NCBI RefSeq assembly: GCF_006345805.1
Contig: NC_042998.1
Span: 1,240,001-1,304,000, forward strand
Direction: 5' to 3'
Origin: Octopus sinensis
Lineage: Eukaryota
Length of the DNA: 64,000 nt
The notes below the pieces were generated by a model, which saw only the letters and a list, made by a program, of their open reading frames with translations, was not told where the DNA came from and ran no database searches. Of this stretch, positions 1-13,768 are shown piece by piece (position 1 is the first letter of the stretch; each line of letters opens with the position of its first letter). The position numbers and the translations under genes were made by a program.

Positions 1-79
1 ACTACGTGACACATTGCTCAAGTGTCTTCTACTATAACCGTGAGCCGAAGAAAGCCTTGTGGGTCGAAACTGAAATGTG

Positions 80-243
80 TGCTTACCAACCACATGGTTC
101 CGGGTTCATACGTGGAACCTTGGGCAAGTGTCTTCTACTATAGCCTCAGGCCGACCAAAGCCTTGTGAGTGGATTTGATACACGGAAACTGAAAGAAGCC
201 CGTCGTATATATGTGTATATATATATATATATATGTGTGTGTG

Positions 244-274
<31 letters not shown>

Positions 275-510
275 TGTGTGTGTGTGTGTGTGTGCATGTG
301 TGTGTGTGTTTGTGTGTCTGTATTTGTCCCCCACCATGGCTTGATGGGGGTGTGTTTACGTCCCCGTAATCTAGCGGTTCGACAAAAGATACCGATAGAA
401 TAAGTACTAGGCTTCCAAAGAATAAGTCATGGGGTCGATTTGCTCGACTAAAGGCGGTGCCCCAGCACGGCCGCAATCAAATGACCGAAACAAATAAAAG
501 TAAAAGTACA
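80..510 (+). mobile_element. tRNA-derived SINE, family A (head + internal TA/TG microsatellite + LINE-type 3' tail); extra partial head at 1-75
   Basis: Head CCACATGGTTCCGGGTTC..CTTGGGCAAGTGTCTTCTACTATAGCC, body GACCGATAGAATAAGTACTAGGC, tail AAAGGCGGTGCCCCAGCACGGCCGCA; about 10 homologous copies in the window. Confidence 0.85.
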
Positions 511-516
511 CACGCT

Positions 517-609
<93 letters not shown>

Positions 610-610
610 T

Positions 611-648
<38 letters not shown>

Positions 649-1190
649 CAAATTAGAGACAAAACCACTATTATTCAAATCTGATTTTTCCTTGTAAATT
701 TGGATTTATTCCCTAATATTTATTATTATATATATATATATATATATATATATTAATAACACCTTTTCCACATAGCAAAGTGAATGGATCTTTGGTCAGG
801 AGGAACTGATGTTATCAGACGGCACCTAACGTTCAGCCGTCGTTTCGACCCTGAACCGTAACGCTCTCCTGCTGCTGCTGGATCAGGACAAGTCACCAAA
901 TCACTATTCCTCAACTCCTTCTGGTTTCCAGCGTAACTCTTCTCTGTTGCTCCAAAGCCAACAAGAGGCTGCCTCTCGCATCCTGCACACACCCACCGTT
1001 CGATCCTTTTCTCACATAGCAACGGCTGTAAGCATCCTCCATGCCGACTGGGCAATGATCACTCCCCCACCCCTACAACCAACTTCATAATTGCCATCCC
1101 ATCTCCCTGCACGCTTCAATTCGTCAGCTTCGTTACATCCCTCTTCCAATGGGACTATGAGCTCAATTTAGATAATTTTGTATACGTATG

Positions 1191-1251
<61 letters not shown>

Positions 1252-2123
1252 TTACACACACATGCATTGCCTGTGCTCTTAGTATTCTACATCTTTATGA
1301 GAGGATCTCTCAAGGCGAATACCACAGTATATGGCGTTCTAACTCATCTTTGGTAAGTAGGATATAACGATTGTCATTCAGTATTAATAGTGCTTGTGTC
1401 ACTTATATATATATATATATGTGTGTGTGTGTATGTGTTTGCATGTATGTACAAACACACACATGCACACACGAGCACACACACACATACAAGCACACGC
1501 AGCCACACAGTCCTTTGGGTGTCATTAGTAATTGAGTATAAGTTGGTCGCAAAGAAAGATATTTTTGGCAAATATTCTGAAGAGCCTCTTCTCGAAGGGA
1601 GCTTTGCTTTTTTCGTGGTGACTGTAGGCCAAAGCTACAGGCACAACCCTAAGCGCAAATATTGGAATATACATAAATGTTACTCTGCTCTCTTTCTCTC
1701 TCTCTCTCTCACTCTCTCTCTCTCTCTCTGTCTTAGCACAAACATATTGCGTGCGTGTGAGTATGTATAAATACAGAGACACACACTCACACACATATAT
1801 ACACACACATACACACACATACATATATACACACACATACATAAACATAAACACATGTATACATACACGTGCACACACACATACACACAAATATTTATAT
1901 GTATGTACGTATATATACATATATATGTATATATGCACTTGTATATACGCATATACATATACATATGCATGTATATATAGAGAGAAAGATAGATAGATGC
2001 ATACATATATACATAATATATACATATAAATATATATATCTATACACACACAGACGCACACACACAAACGCGCGCGCACACACATATTACATATATATAT
2101 ATACATATATACATATAATATAC

Positions 2124-2154
<31 letters not shown>

Positions 2155-2215
2155 GTGTGTGTGTGGTGTGTGTGTGTGTGTGTGTGTGTGTGGTGTGGTG
2201 TGGTGTGTGTGTGTG

Positions 2216-2259
<44 letters not shown>

Positions 2260-3602
2260 GACACACACACAGATTGATTATGATGACTAACTGCTGAAAG
2301 TGATATTTTATTGGCTAGCATATTATTGAGTATATAATATGTTTTCTTCATAATACAGAGAGTGTTTTGGTAAATATAATCTCTTGCTACTTACTTTGCC
2401 ACTTCAAAGCATCTCTTTAATACAAAGCAACTTACTATGTAAATACCAAATCCAATATATAGAATAAAATAACATCCAACAAAATAAATTACTTCAAAAG
2501 GATTCTGTAAATGTATCGTTTAATATATGGAATGCTCCTACTCACCATAGATCTTCAAATTATTTTCTTTTTCTTATTTATTTATCATTAGTTTTACTAA
2601 ATATGATTTATCTGAGGTGTGAACTTTATAGATATTCCTACACGCACTAATCTTCAAACGGGTTTATACGTAAGGTTTGTTATTTTAGATGTAGAAAAAA
2701 AAAATCTATTGATGATAGAGACTCGTGCCAGCAATAACGGGTTATAAAGCTGACTCTTATAAAGAACGTATTAATGCTAGCTTTGTTTTAAATGATAGTG
2801 CCTCGTGTGGCCATGTATTAGTTTTATTTTCATTTCGCAATCGGTTTTACAACTGTACAACTGGATATAAAATTGATTAGATTTACTCGAACAGGTCACC
2901 TTATTGGTTTTTACACTCACCGGTAATATTTGGCGAGAATCCAGTATATTTAATTCATCCGTTACAAAGCAGGAGAAATAACATTTGTTGATAAAAAAAT
3001 AATTGTAGGCAGCCAATGGCTATAGTCTTTAGAGAATCGAAGAGAATTCTTGGCGGAGCTCCTTCTGATTCTTTATGCTCTGATCAAATTCCGAGCGATG
3101 TCATACTTTTACCCTTAATCCTTTCGGGGTCACTAAATAACGTGCCAGTCTCCTCCAGGTTCGATTCTTCCCTTTCTCTCATTACTTCTTTCTGTCTGTC
3201 TTTCTATCTCTTGAAGAAATCGACTGTAATAAGAGTTGGAGATGGATGGCCCCTGTAAGTTACCAAGCCGCCCCTTCGACTCCATCAAAGAGCTGAGAAC
3301 CAAAGACAATGCAATGCAAGAAATTAATAGAGCACCATTGACGTGAAATCTTGTTAGTGCCTTTCATTGATTTATTTCACACACTCAGTCCCTTTAACTG
3401 TTGCAGCTATTAGAAGGGAGATAATCATTTCGCCAGTTGGAGCAGGATTAACATTTTGACATTGAAACTGTGAAATGACAAGGGTGCTTAAAACGAAGAA
3501 CTTAATGCAAAGTACTTAAAATTTCTTGTCGCTGCCAATCATGTGTAGCACTATATGAGGTCCCTACTTAAAATCGTGTTTTTTTCTTTTTAATAGCCAC
3601 AG

Positions 3603-4110
<508 letters not shown>

Positions 4111-4439
4111 GATAATAGTCAAATGAATATCTGCGTTTTCGACTCCAGCAATTAACTGACGAAACAAGGCTGCTTCTGCGCATTGTTCGACAAACATAAC
4201 AGCCAAATCTCCCTCTTATTGCACCTTTCAGTTTAAATGAAGAAGCAATGCAAAAAGAAAAAAGGGGCTGGTGAAACACGGATGGCCACAACTGAAAAGG
4301 CTTTATCATGGGTCTCTTCTTGTGCATTTGATCATATCGCTCAGTAGTTCTTAACCTTTATAATTGTAGCAAATCTGCACCACTTTTTCAGTAGTCGCTA
4401 CGCCTAGCGCCTAAATATGATGCGAACGTTGTCGTGTTT

Positions 4440-5620
4440 AAGAAGCAAACCGTATTGTCGGTCGAGTCGACTCAGCTTGATTATTCCGTCGCGACAGTAC
4501 GTTTGCGGAACGTAGAGTTCTGCATTGGCTGTGTGGTTGTTTTCAGGCATTTCATAGTGGATTTATTCGCCCTTCTTAATCGTACCAAACGCAGATCATT
4601 GTCTTGCGTCGAGGCAGCTCTGGATCGGGACTCGGCCGTTCTTTCCACTTCATACTGATTTCAAATTTTGGCCCAAGGCCAGTAATTTCGGGGGAGGGAG
4701 TAAGTCGATTATATCGACCCAAGTGCTTATTTTATCGACCCCGAAAGGATGAAAGACAATGTCGACCCCGACGGAATTTGAACTCAGAACGCGAAGACGG
4801 ATGAAATGCCGCTAAGCATTTTGTCCGATGTGCTAACGATTCTGCCACCTCGTCACCTTCTTTTTCTTTCCACTTCATATTGGTTTCAATTTTTGGCATA
4901 AGGCCAACAGTTTCCGGAGAGGGAGTAAATCGATTACATTCACCCCAGTGTTCAACTAGTACTTATTTTATTAACCCCGAAAAGATGAAAGGCAAAGTCA
5001 ACCCCGACGGCATTCGAACTCAGTACGTAAAGACGGATGAAATGCCGCTAAGCACTTCGTCCGGCATACTGACGATTCTGTCAACTTGCCGCCTTCTTTT
5101 TCTTTTCACTTCTTATAGACACCATTTTTCATCGCCGTTTTTCATCCCCATGAGTACCCTGGTGTCGAGCGAGCAAACTGGCAGCGATAGAGCAACGCTG
5201 GAGTTTGTCTTATTCGTTCAAAGTGCGTGGAGGCCCATGCCCCGAGCTTTTGAACCTTATTCGTTGAATGAAGCCGACGGATGACGGTGTAATGAAAACA
5301 TTCCATCTGCTGGGCCAATTCTTGAGTGCATTGCTGCAGACCCTCGTGCATGAGTTCGCGCAATCAATTCTCATTGAGCCGGAGCTGTCGGCCGGAACTC
5401 AGAATTTGTGAGGTTGAATTTCCTCTCATTGAAGTGTAAAAATCATTTTTGTGCTCTTCTTTCAGTGATAGCACCTTCTTCATTCACAGCACATGTCTCG
5501 AGCGGGTTTAGCAGCTTTGGAAAGCGAAGAGAAGAAGATACGTAATGCGCTCCTTTTTATTCTACTCGGCACTCCATCATCTTTTGTCTGAAAAGGAGTA
5601 AACTTTGTTCGAACTTCAAA
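4440..5620 (-). pseudogene. Decayed mariner (IS630-Tc1-mariner) transposase, split by a SINE dimer
   Basis: Frameshifted minus-strand translation: MECRVE..., ARDMCAVNEEGAITERRAQK, RELAQQMECFHYTVIRRLHSTNKVQKLGAW, GDEKWCL, then below the SINEs RRKTMICVWYD, IHYEMPENNHTANAELY, LLLKHDNVR; matches the mariner HTH and DDE motifs in order. Confidence 0.8.
4637..5095 (-). mobile_element. Two head-to-tail copies of SINE family B
   Basis: Each about 220 bp with ATCGACCCCGAAAGGATGAAAG..GGAATTTGAACTCAG..CGATTCTGCCA; short CTTTCCACTTCATA-like repeat at all three junctions. Confidence 0.85.
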
Positions 5621-5656
5621 AACGTTAGCAAAAGTTGTAGGGCAAGAAAAGAGCTA

Positions 5657-5657
<1 letters not shown>

Positions 5658-5753
<96 letters not shown>

Positions 5754-5832
5754 TGTGTGTGTGTGTGTGTGTGTGTCTGTGTGTGTCTGTGTGTGTGTGT
5801 CTGTGTGTGTGCCTGTGTGCCTGTGTGTGTGT
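5658..5832. repeat. (TG)n microsatellite
   Basis: Direct reading. Confidence 0.95.
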
Positions 5833-6039
5833 AGAATGGATTAAGCCGAGCTGAAAGATACGCGTGGACGGAAAGTGTCGCTGAAGAGGTCACAGATGTG
5901 TGATGAAACATTTCTGGACAATGGACATAAGATAAAATATGAACAGTAATAAACGAGTGAAGAATGAATATATAGTGCGTGTGTTTATTTGGTAATAATG
6001 ACCGTCCCGAAATATAATAATACACACACACACATACAC

Positions 6040-6088
<49 letters not shown>

Positions 6089-6370
6089 TATACTCATATG
6101 TTGATATGTATGTGTTTATATCTGTGTATGCGTGTGTGCGTATATATGGAGCTATGCGTGTGTTTATGTGTATGTCTTTGTGTGTGTGTATGCAAATATG
6201 TTTGTATGCATGCATGTGTCTATGTATGTGTATGTGTCCATATCGATTAACATCATATTCGTAAATTTGGCGAAGACTGTTGTCAATTCCATTATAACCA
6301 TGTGTGTGTGTATGTATGTGTGTATGCGTGCATGCGTGTGCAAGATACACATACGCACTCTCGTTCACTC

Positions 6371-6443
<73 letters not shown>

Positions 6444-6904
6444 TTCTCCTACTTTCACCTCCCAATATATGTTATATTACCTGATATTGCTAAATTTCTA
6501 AATCCCAGTTTCTACCGATTTGAAATAATTTTTTGATTTTTATCTTTTTATCTTTTTAGAAAAGAATTTCTTTCTTTCTTTGAAAAAGAAAAGTGAAAGA
6601 AAGAAAGATAGAAAGAAATTCATCTCTTTCAGGAAAGAATGATATATTGTTTAAGCGACATCTCTTTCAACTCCCGTCCTTAAATGGTGGTGTCCATAGA
6701 ATTTGAATTCCTTGTCGTGTCAGTAGTAATTACAGTTATCCTTCTCTGGAAATGGCCATTGAAAATAATATCCAGCTTAATAACGTGTTTTGTTTTGTTT
6801 TTTTTCTCATCATAAATTAAAATCAGTCATATAGCAATGTCAGCTGCTACTACTACTACTACTACTACTACTACTATTGCCGCTAATAGTAATGATAATA
6901 ATAA

Positions 6905-7450
6905 TTCATTTTATTGGCCACAAGGACTGACAAATATGATTGGAAAACATAAAGGGACAAAACAGGACGAAAGGTTACAAAGGGTTTTGTCCGTTTGTGA
7001 AAAAATACCGAGTAAAAAACAGTTTAACAATCAAAACTTTTAACAACAAAAAACTCCCAATAGAGGAGACGCTTCGAAAAAAGAAAAGGTCTCACGTGGA
7101 AAAACCCATAAAAGCCACTGGAGCCTGGTCAAAAGGGGGGTAGAGAGCCCCTTTCTCCTTTTATAATACCTTTTTCAATTACAGGCGAAACCTGAGAACT
7201 GGTCCATTTATACTGGCCATTCTTGCACAATTCACCCACCTTTCAGAAAACTTGCTATCAGACATCACTTCCCTCTCTAACCTCATCTTCCTTTTCAAGT
7301 AAAACTTGAAAAAGTTGATGAGGCCTTGACCAAAGAGGAAAGTGTTTGACTTTAGCCCTTTCAACCTCCTTCGCCACAACCACTAGGCACAGGAAAACGG
7401 CCTTGCCCTCCTTGTTAAAGGAGGTCGGCGGGGCATTCTTCACTATGGAT
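6905..7450 (-). mobile_element. 3' end of an L1/Tx1-like LINE
   Basis: Minus frames give FLCLVVVAKEV / WRRRLKGLKSNTFLFGQGLINFFKFYLKRKMRLEREV..SERWVNCARMA (ORF2 C-terminus style), then a 3' UTR, AATAAA and an (ATT)n/(TAG)n tail at about 6840-6915. Confidence 0.6.
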
Positions 7451-7494
7451 TTAGCTGATAGCCGGATCCGTCCTATACGTGACAGTAGCTGTTC

Positions 7495-7610
7495 GATAAT
7501 AATACCACCACCACCATCATCACCACCACCACCACCATCACCACCACCACCACCATCACCATCAGCACCACCACCGCCACCACAACTATCACCACTACTA
7601 CTACTACTAT

Positions 7611-7648
<38 letters not shown>

Positions 7649-7744
7649 TTACCACTAATAGTAATAATAATAATAATAATGATAATAATACCACCACCAC
7701 CATCACCACCATCACCACCACCACCAGCACTACTACTACTACTA

Positions 7745-7786
<42 letters not shown>

Positions 7787-7945
7787 TAATAATAATAATA
7801 ATAATAATAATAGTAATAATACCACCATCACCACCACCATCACCACAACCACTACCATCACCACCACCACCACCAACATCATCACCACCCCCAACTCTAC
7901 TACTACTACTACTACTACTACTAACTACTACTACTACTACTACTG
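7495..7945. repeat. Compound trinucleotide tract (CCA/CTA/TAA)n
   Basis: Direct reading. Confidence 0.95.
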
Positions 7946-8717
7946 TCATCACTTGATAGTAATATCCACTTCTTCTGGAACGGGAGAAATATGAGGTGGC
8001 GACAGGAGTATAAATGAAATATGAGAACCTGGTGACTCCACAGCTAAGCTCCTTGGAACGACATTGTGTTGATCAATGGCTTTAGCCTGCAATCTGGGAA
8101 TCTGGCAGCATTTCAGATGAGTTCAAAATTTAAGAACTTTACTGCTAAACAATAAATATATCAATCAATAGTAATAAATACGTAAATAAATAAACGGTGT
8201 AAGAATACTGTATCACTTTGAAATATTCATATTCTATTCTTCTTCCACTCTCTCATTCTATTGTTTTCTCTTTATGTTATTATTCCGACGAGGTCGACTT
8301 GACCTTTCATTCTCTCGCTGTGGATGAAAAAAGAAAAATACCAATCATTTAATGGTATCACTGTATCGATTTACTTCATCGTTTAAAAATTGCTGGCTTT
8401 CTGTGCGTAAATTAGAAAAAATTATTATTATTTCTCTTTTTGTTATCGGTATTTACTGGTTGATACTCGCATCGACGGAACTGTGTTGTAGATGGAACCC
8501 TTTGCAGTAATAGCACTTGCTATGATTCCAGCTATGGGCTAATTAGCATTAACCCTTCTAGAGTGAGGGCACCCTAGATGTTGTCACAGCATCCTTCTAG
8601 ATGAGGGAACACTGATGTAAAACCAGCGGTTTCATGGGTCACTGGTCATCTCAATTAAGCAAACGTCTGTAGAGGATCATTTGCCTAGCATCATTGTTTT
8701 TCCCTCTTTATTTCCAG

Positions 8718-8776
8718 GTGAGCGTTCCAGATGGAAATCTTCTTTAGCGTTAACAAGCAAGAATGCTTTGTTTGAG
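8718..8776 (+). CDS. Candidate exon (phase 1 to 0), GERSRWKSSLALTSKNALFE
   Basis: Acceptor ccctctttatttccag, donor GAG|gtaaaa, open frame; product unrecognised. Confidence 0.25.
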
Positions 8777-8829
8777 GTAAAAACTCAGAAAAATTGCCAA
8801 CTTACGCTAAAAAGTCCTTCCTACTGTCC

Positions 8830-9030
8830 CCGAGCTGGCAGAATCGTTTGCACGCCGGATAAAATGCTTAACACCATTTCATCCGTCTTTACGTTCTGAT
8901 TTCAAATTTATTTCGTCCTTTGGGGAGGGGGTTCAATAAAATAAGTACCAGTTGAGCACTGGGTTCGATGTAATCAATTATTTTCCTCCCCAAAAATTGC
9001 TGCTCTTCATGCAAAATTTGAAGCCATTTT
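8830..9030 (+). mobile_element. SINE family B, internally deleted
   Basis: GAGCTGGCAGAATCGTT head and AAATAAGTACCAGTTGAGCACTGGG core. Confidence 0.75.
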
Positions 9031-9519
9031 TATTGCTGTTGTTGTTGTTACACCCCCTCCTTCTCCTCCTCCTCCTCCTCCGCCTCCTCCGCCTCCTCCG
9101 CATCCGCATCCGCATCCTCCTCCTCCTCCTACTACTACTACTACTACTACTACTACTATCGTAGTGGGTTGACAGGGTAGTGGGCAAAGGTATAGGCACG
9201 ACTTTAGACGAAGGCCTTGTAGTGTTTTTTTTTCCCCCTTTCCCTTACGTTCTGAGTCCAAGAGCAGGGTCCACATATTAATCTCTGAAAATAAGACAAC
9301 ACGTATACAAATGGAGTTCTTTGGATCATAGTTCTGCACAAACAGAGACTAAAGCCAAAAAGCAAACAAATAAAACGTATTACAACGTCTAAAGAAGCGC
9401 TGTTGTCATTCATCCCGGGCCAACTATGATGGAGCGCTTCTACGATGTCAGGTATTCCAACAATGATAATGTCTGTCGTTCTTTTTATTGGCATTAATCT
9501 TGTGACCCTTTCTTTTTCA

Positions 9520-9743
9520 CCTTTTATCATTTACTTGTTTCAGTCTTAGTACTGAGGCCATGCTGAGGTACCGCCTTGAAGGGTTTACTCGAGCAAAACG
9601 ACCCCAGTATATTTTTTGAAGCCTAGTACTTATTCTATCGGTCCTTTTGCCGAGGACGTACAGTAACCAACACCGATTGCGAAGCGGTGCTGGAGGAAAA
9701 GTACAAACAAAATGACACGCGCGCGCGCACAGACATACGCACG

Positions 9744-9830
<87 letters not shown>

Positions 9831-9992
9831 GTTGGGTTTCTTTCAGTTTCTATCTACCAAATCCTTTCACAAGGCTTGGGTCGGCCCGGGGCTATAGTAG
9901 AAGACTTTTGTCCAAGGTGTTTCGCAGTGGGACTGAACCCAGAACCATGTAGTTGTGCAGCAAACTTCTTTTCACACAGCCATGCCTGCGCC
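9520..9992 (-). mobile_element. SINE family A, full length
   Basis: Reverse complement of the head, body and tail; head ends at CAGCCATGCCTGCGCC. Confidence 0.85.
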
Positions 9993-10071
9993 CGAGGGAG
10001 AAATTATTACTATTTCTAACAGCTCGAGCTGCCATATACATGTTCCTTCATTGGCTCAAATCCGTCGAACT

Positions 10072-10408
10072 TGAAAAGTAAAAATTTTGCATTATGTAAC
10101 TTGTTATTCTCTTTAAGTGAACATTTTTCTGGTTGAAATACACCGAAAAATGGCGACACAGCAGTAAAAAAATCGTAAAAAATAGGGATTTTCATAGAAC
10201 AAAAGCATCTTTTTAATGTAAATAATTTTTTATGTTAACATGATCCGATTTTAATTTTTTCTTCTACGGAAGGAAGAGCAAGCCTTCTTCTATCATACTC
10301 TCAATTTTGGTCAACTTGCGCCGCAGGGTCTCGGAGGAGATAGTGTTAGCTGAAGGCTACCAAACCTGCCACACATACACAGACAACTTCAGCTTTATAT
10401 ATATAGAT
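10072..10408. mobile_element. Non-autonomous DNA element (Helentron/HINE-like), 5'-truncated copy
   Basis: About 85-90% similar by eye to 41314-41705; ends CAGCTTTATATATATAGAT; family class is inferred from the termini. Confidence 0.55.
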
Positions 10409-10989
10409 TTATTTATTTGTTTATTCAGATTACAGTAATCTAAAGTTTTAAGTGATTGCTTTCAACGTAAGCAATTCAATATTCATTGAGTTTTACTACG
10501 AATAAATCTCGAAGCAGTACGATATTACATTCTGCTGAAGTAACTAATAGTAACTGAACCATACGTGTTGATTAATTGGTTATCAAAGGGAAATGTTTCC
10601 CCTATATGCGCAAGTGGCTGTTACCCAGCGGGGAAGCTACTCCTTCAATGTTCATTACATGACTTACATTACTACAATTTAGGTTATGCACCAGAAAATA
10701 CTTTTGAAGTATTAGAAATATTTTAGCTATACATCGCATATGATACCGATAATTATATCACGCACGTACGTATACGTAACGTACATACGCCCACAAGCAT
10801 ACGTACATAATACAAACATACATACGAACATGCATGCATACATACATACATACATACATACATACATACATACATACATCATACATACATACATACATAC
10901 ATACATACATACATGCATACATACATACATACAAACATACATACATAAAGTTAAAATATGGGTTTCGAACCTACTGAAGCATTAGTCCG

Positions 10990-11210
10990 GAGCGTAGCCA
11001 TGTTTCCGTGTAAGACCCCTCAGTGCACGGGACGCCAGTCGGTCGCGGGTCTAGCCAGATGCTCTGGAATCGGTGGTACTTACTTTCAGCGGAATGGAAT
11101 AAAGCAACGTGGAATGAAATGCTTTGTTTGAGTTGGCAATGCATCGTCCAGTTCGAGTGCCGAAAACCTGACATTCCTGGGTCTCGCCCCCAACCAATTA
11201 CGTTAAGTGT
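10990..11210 (-). mobile_element. Degenerate tRNA-SINE (family D/E-like)
   Basis: GGGACGCCAGTC and GCAACGTGGAATGAAATG motifs shared with the copies at 42.1, 43.7 and 47.7 kb. Confidence 0.5.
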
Positions 11211-11471
11211 TTCCACGTACACAAACATGCATGCACGTATACGCACACGAACACATAAGCATGTGTGTAGGTGTGTGTGTGTGTGTTTATGTGTGTGTGT
11301 GTGGTGGAAATATTCTATTATCTATACACTATTATGCAGTAAAAACTTTCAGCTGGCAAAGGTGATGTGTGGCTGAAGGCACCGAACAAATCTTAAAATA
11401 GAAACAATGTGTACATATGTATGTATGTATGTATGTATTCGCGTCTGTATGTGTTTGTATGTGTGTGTGAG

Positions 11472-11557
11472 CATACATACATATATACATACATACATAC
11501 ATACATACATACATACATACATAAATACATATATACATACATACATAAATACATATA

Positions 11558-11591
<34 letters not shown>

Positions 11592-11703
11592 CATACATAT
11601 ATACATACATATATACATACATACATACATACATACATACATAATACATGGCGTCTATGTATGTACGTATGTATATATGTATGTATGTATATATGTATGT
11701 ATG

Positions 11704-11737
<34 letters not shown>

Positions 11738-11808
11738 TATATGTATGTATGTATATATGTATGTATGTATTTATGTATGTATGTATGTATGTATGTATGT
11801 ATGTATGT
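11472..11808. repeat. Inverted (TACA)n / (TGTA)n microsatellite pair
   Basis: Two tracts of about 150-170 bp in opposite orientation around a spacer of about 15 nt. Confidence 0.8.
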
Positions 11809-12242
11809 GTTACCGGTAACTTGTAACCCAGTAAAACCCGTCACACGCTCAGCGACCAAACCGGCAACCCTACTAAGTCTTAATGGTATGAAGGGTGGTT
11901 TTCGTTGGACATGCAGCAGAACGAAAATCAGAACCTGTCAAAGAACATATGAACGTAGGAAAGTCAATGTCCATTCAAAGGCTGGGAGGAGAAGGAAATT
12001 CAGAAATAACAGCCACCTCATTACTCAGCTAGAGATCTTGTTCTTGTCTGTTTCTAGACGATTTGTAGGTGGGAGTCATGGCGATGTTGTGCAAGATGTT
12101 ATTGACTTTAAATTACAGCAGGAGCTTTGCTGACAACTATTGTCTTTAACATCTAAGATAAGATATTCTGTCAGTGATGATCATATTCGCCTACGAGCTG
12201 ATAGCCACCATGTATGTATACATGTATGTATGTATGTATGTT

Positions 12243-12565
12243 GAGGGCGTGTGGCTTAGTGGTTAGGGCATTCGGCTCATGATCGTAAGGTTGTGAGTTC
12301 GATTTCCGGCAACGCGTTGTGTCCTTGAGCAAGACTTTATTTCACCTTGCTCCAGTCCACTCAGCTGCCAAAAATGAGTAGTACCTGTATTTCAAAGGGT
12401 CAACCTTGTCACACTCTGTGTCACACTGAATCTCCCCGAGAACTACGTTAGGGGTACACGTATCTGTGAAGTACTCAGCCACTTGTACGTTAAATTCACA
12501 AGCAAGCTGTTCCGTTGATCGTATCAGCTGGGACCCTCGTCGTCGTAACCGACGGAGTGCTCCTT
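12243..12565 (+). mobile_element. tRNA-derived SINE family C
   Basis: A box TGGCTTAGTGG, B box GAGTTCGATTT, then GTGTCCTTGAGCAAGAC..CTCCAGTCCACTCAGCTG. Confidence 0.85.
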
Positions 12566-13542
12566 TGTATGTATGTATGTATGTATGTATGTATGTATGT
12601 ATGCATGCATGTATGTATGTATGCATGCATGTATGTATGCATGTATGTGCGTGTGTGTGTGTGTCTATGCATGCGCGTGCGTGTGTGTGTACGCAATTTC
12701 AGTTGAACTAACATTATCCGTTCTTTGACCGTAACTTATAAATATCCGTACAACGTATACAAAAGAGATATTATTCTTCCATTAGTTTATTTATTGATTA
12801 AACTTTGCAGAAAATACATTTTTCTTACTTTGTTCAATTGTCGTTGTAATAAACAATTCGAATGAAGACAAAAGAGAAAATAGAAATCTTCAGTTTTGGC
12901 ATTTCGCCAAATTATCCACTTCTTCTTCTTCCTGTCTGGTTATCTGTTTCGTGTGAACATGGGAGATTTTCTAATCGATTAACGATAATGTTAATTATGC
13001 ACTGTAAATGGTAAAAGTACGCGAGAGTTGTCGGTTAAATGATATATAGGCTACACTTTTATTTTTCTCGCTACAGTTAGAGAAAAAAGAAACAAAACAA
13101 CTTCTAACCATAAATCCTGAGAGCTAAATAGAAAGTATTTATTTATTTTTCAGACTTGAATCTGTACATACCGTACTTCTGTAGTTTTTATATCTTCTGT
13201 TTAAAAGAACAATTGGCTGATAATTTTAATAAATTAAATAAGTAATCATGCTAGCAGTATGAGATGGAAAAAATATACTTTCTAGTGTAGACAAAATGAC
13301 GAAAACAAGTGAACCAATTATATAAATATAATACAAATAACAAAATACTTGATCGTTGTACGAAAAATCGACTGACTGTTGTGACAAAGATGCGGCCGCA
13401 TTTTTTTTTTAAATGGTTACATGTTTTTCTTTATGTATCAAAGAATAACAAGCTGTCTGATCAAGTATGTTTGAAGGAAAATAATGTAATGTGTATTATT
13501 GTATGAGTTTAAATTGTCAATACGTTTAATGGAGGATTGAAT

Positions 13543-13768
13543 AAGGCGGCGAGCTGGCAAAGACGTTAGCACGCCAGGCGAAATGCGTAGCTGTATTTCG
13601 TCTGCGTTACGTTCTGAGTTCAAATTCCGCCGAGGTCGACTTTGCCTTTCATCCTTTCGGGGTCGATAAATTAAGTATCAGTTACGCACTGGGGTCGATG
13701 TAATCGACTTAATCCGTTTGTCTGTCCTTGTTTGTCCCCTCTGTGTTTAGCCCCTTGTGGTTGGTAAA
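13543..13768 (+). mobile_element. SINE family B, full length
   Basis: AAGGCGGCGAGCTGGC..GAGTTCAAATTCC..CCTTTCATCCTTTCGGGGTCGATAAATTAAGTA. Confidence 0.9.

Noticed and set aside
753-1055. 100-aa minus ORF in GC-richer unique sequence
   Set aside because: No recognisable motif or convincing splice sites; possibly an old transposon fragment.
1575-1610. CTGAAGAGCC.. as a hammerhead core
   Set aside because: No helix II followed by GAAA downstream.
3016-3258. 80-aa ORF
   Set aside because: It overlaps a degenerate SINE B core plus a CT-rich tract.
11820-12150. Possible transposase fragment (piggyBac-like)
   Set aside because: The resemblance was too weak to support; catalytic motifs were not found.
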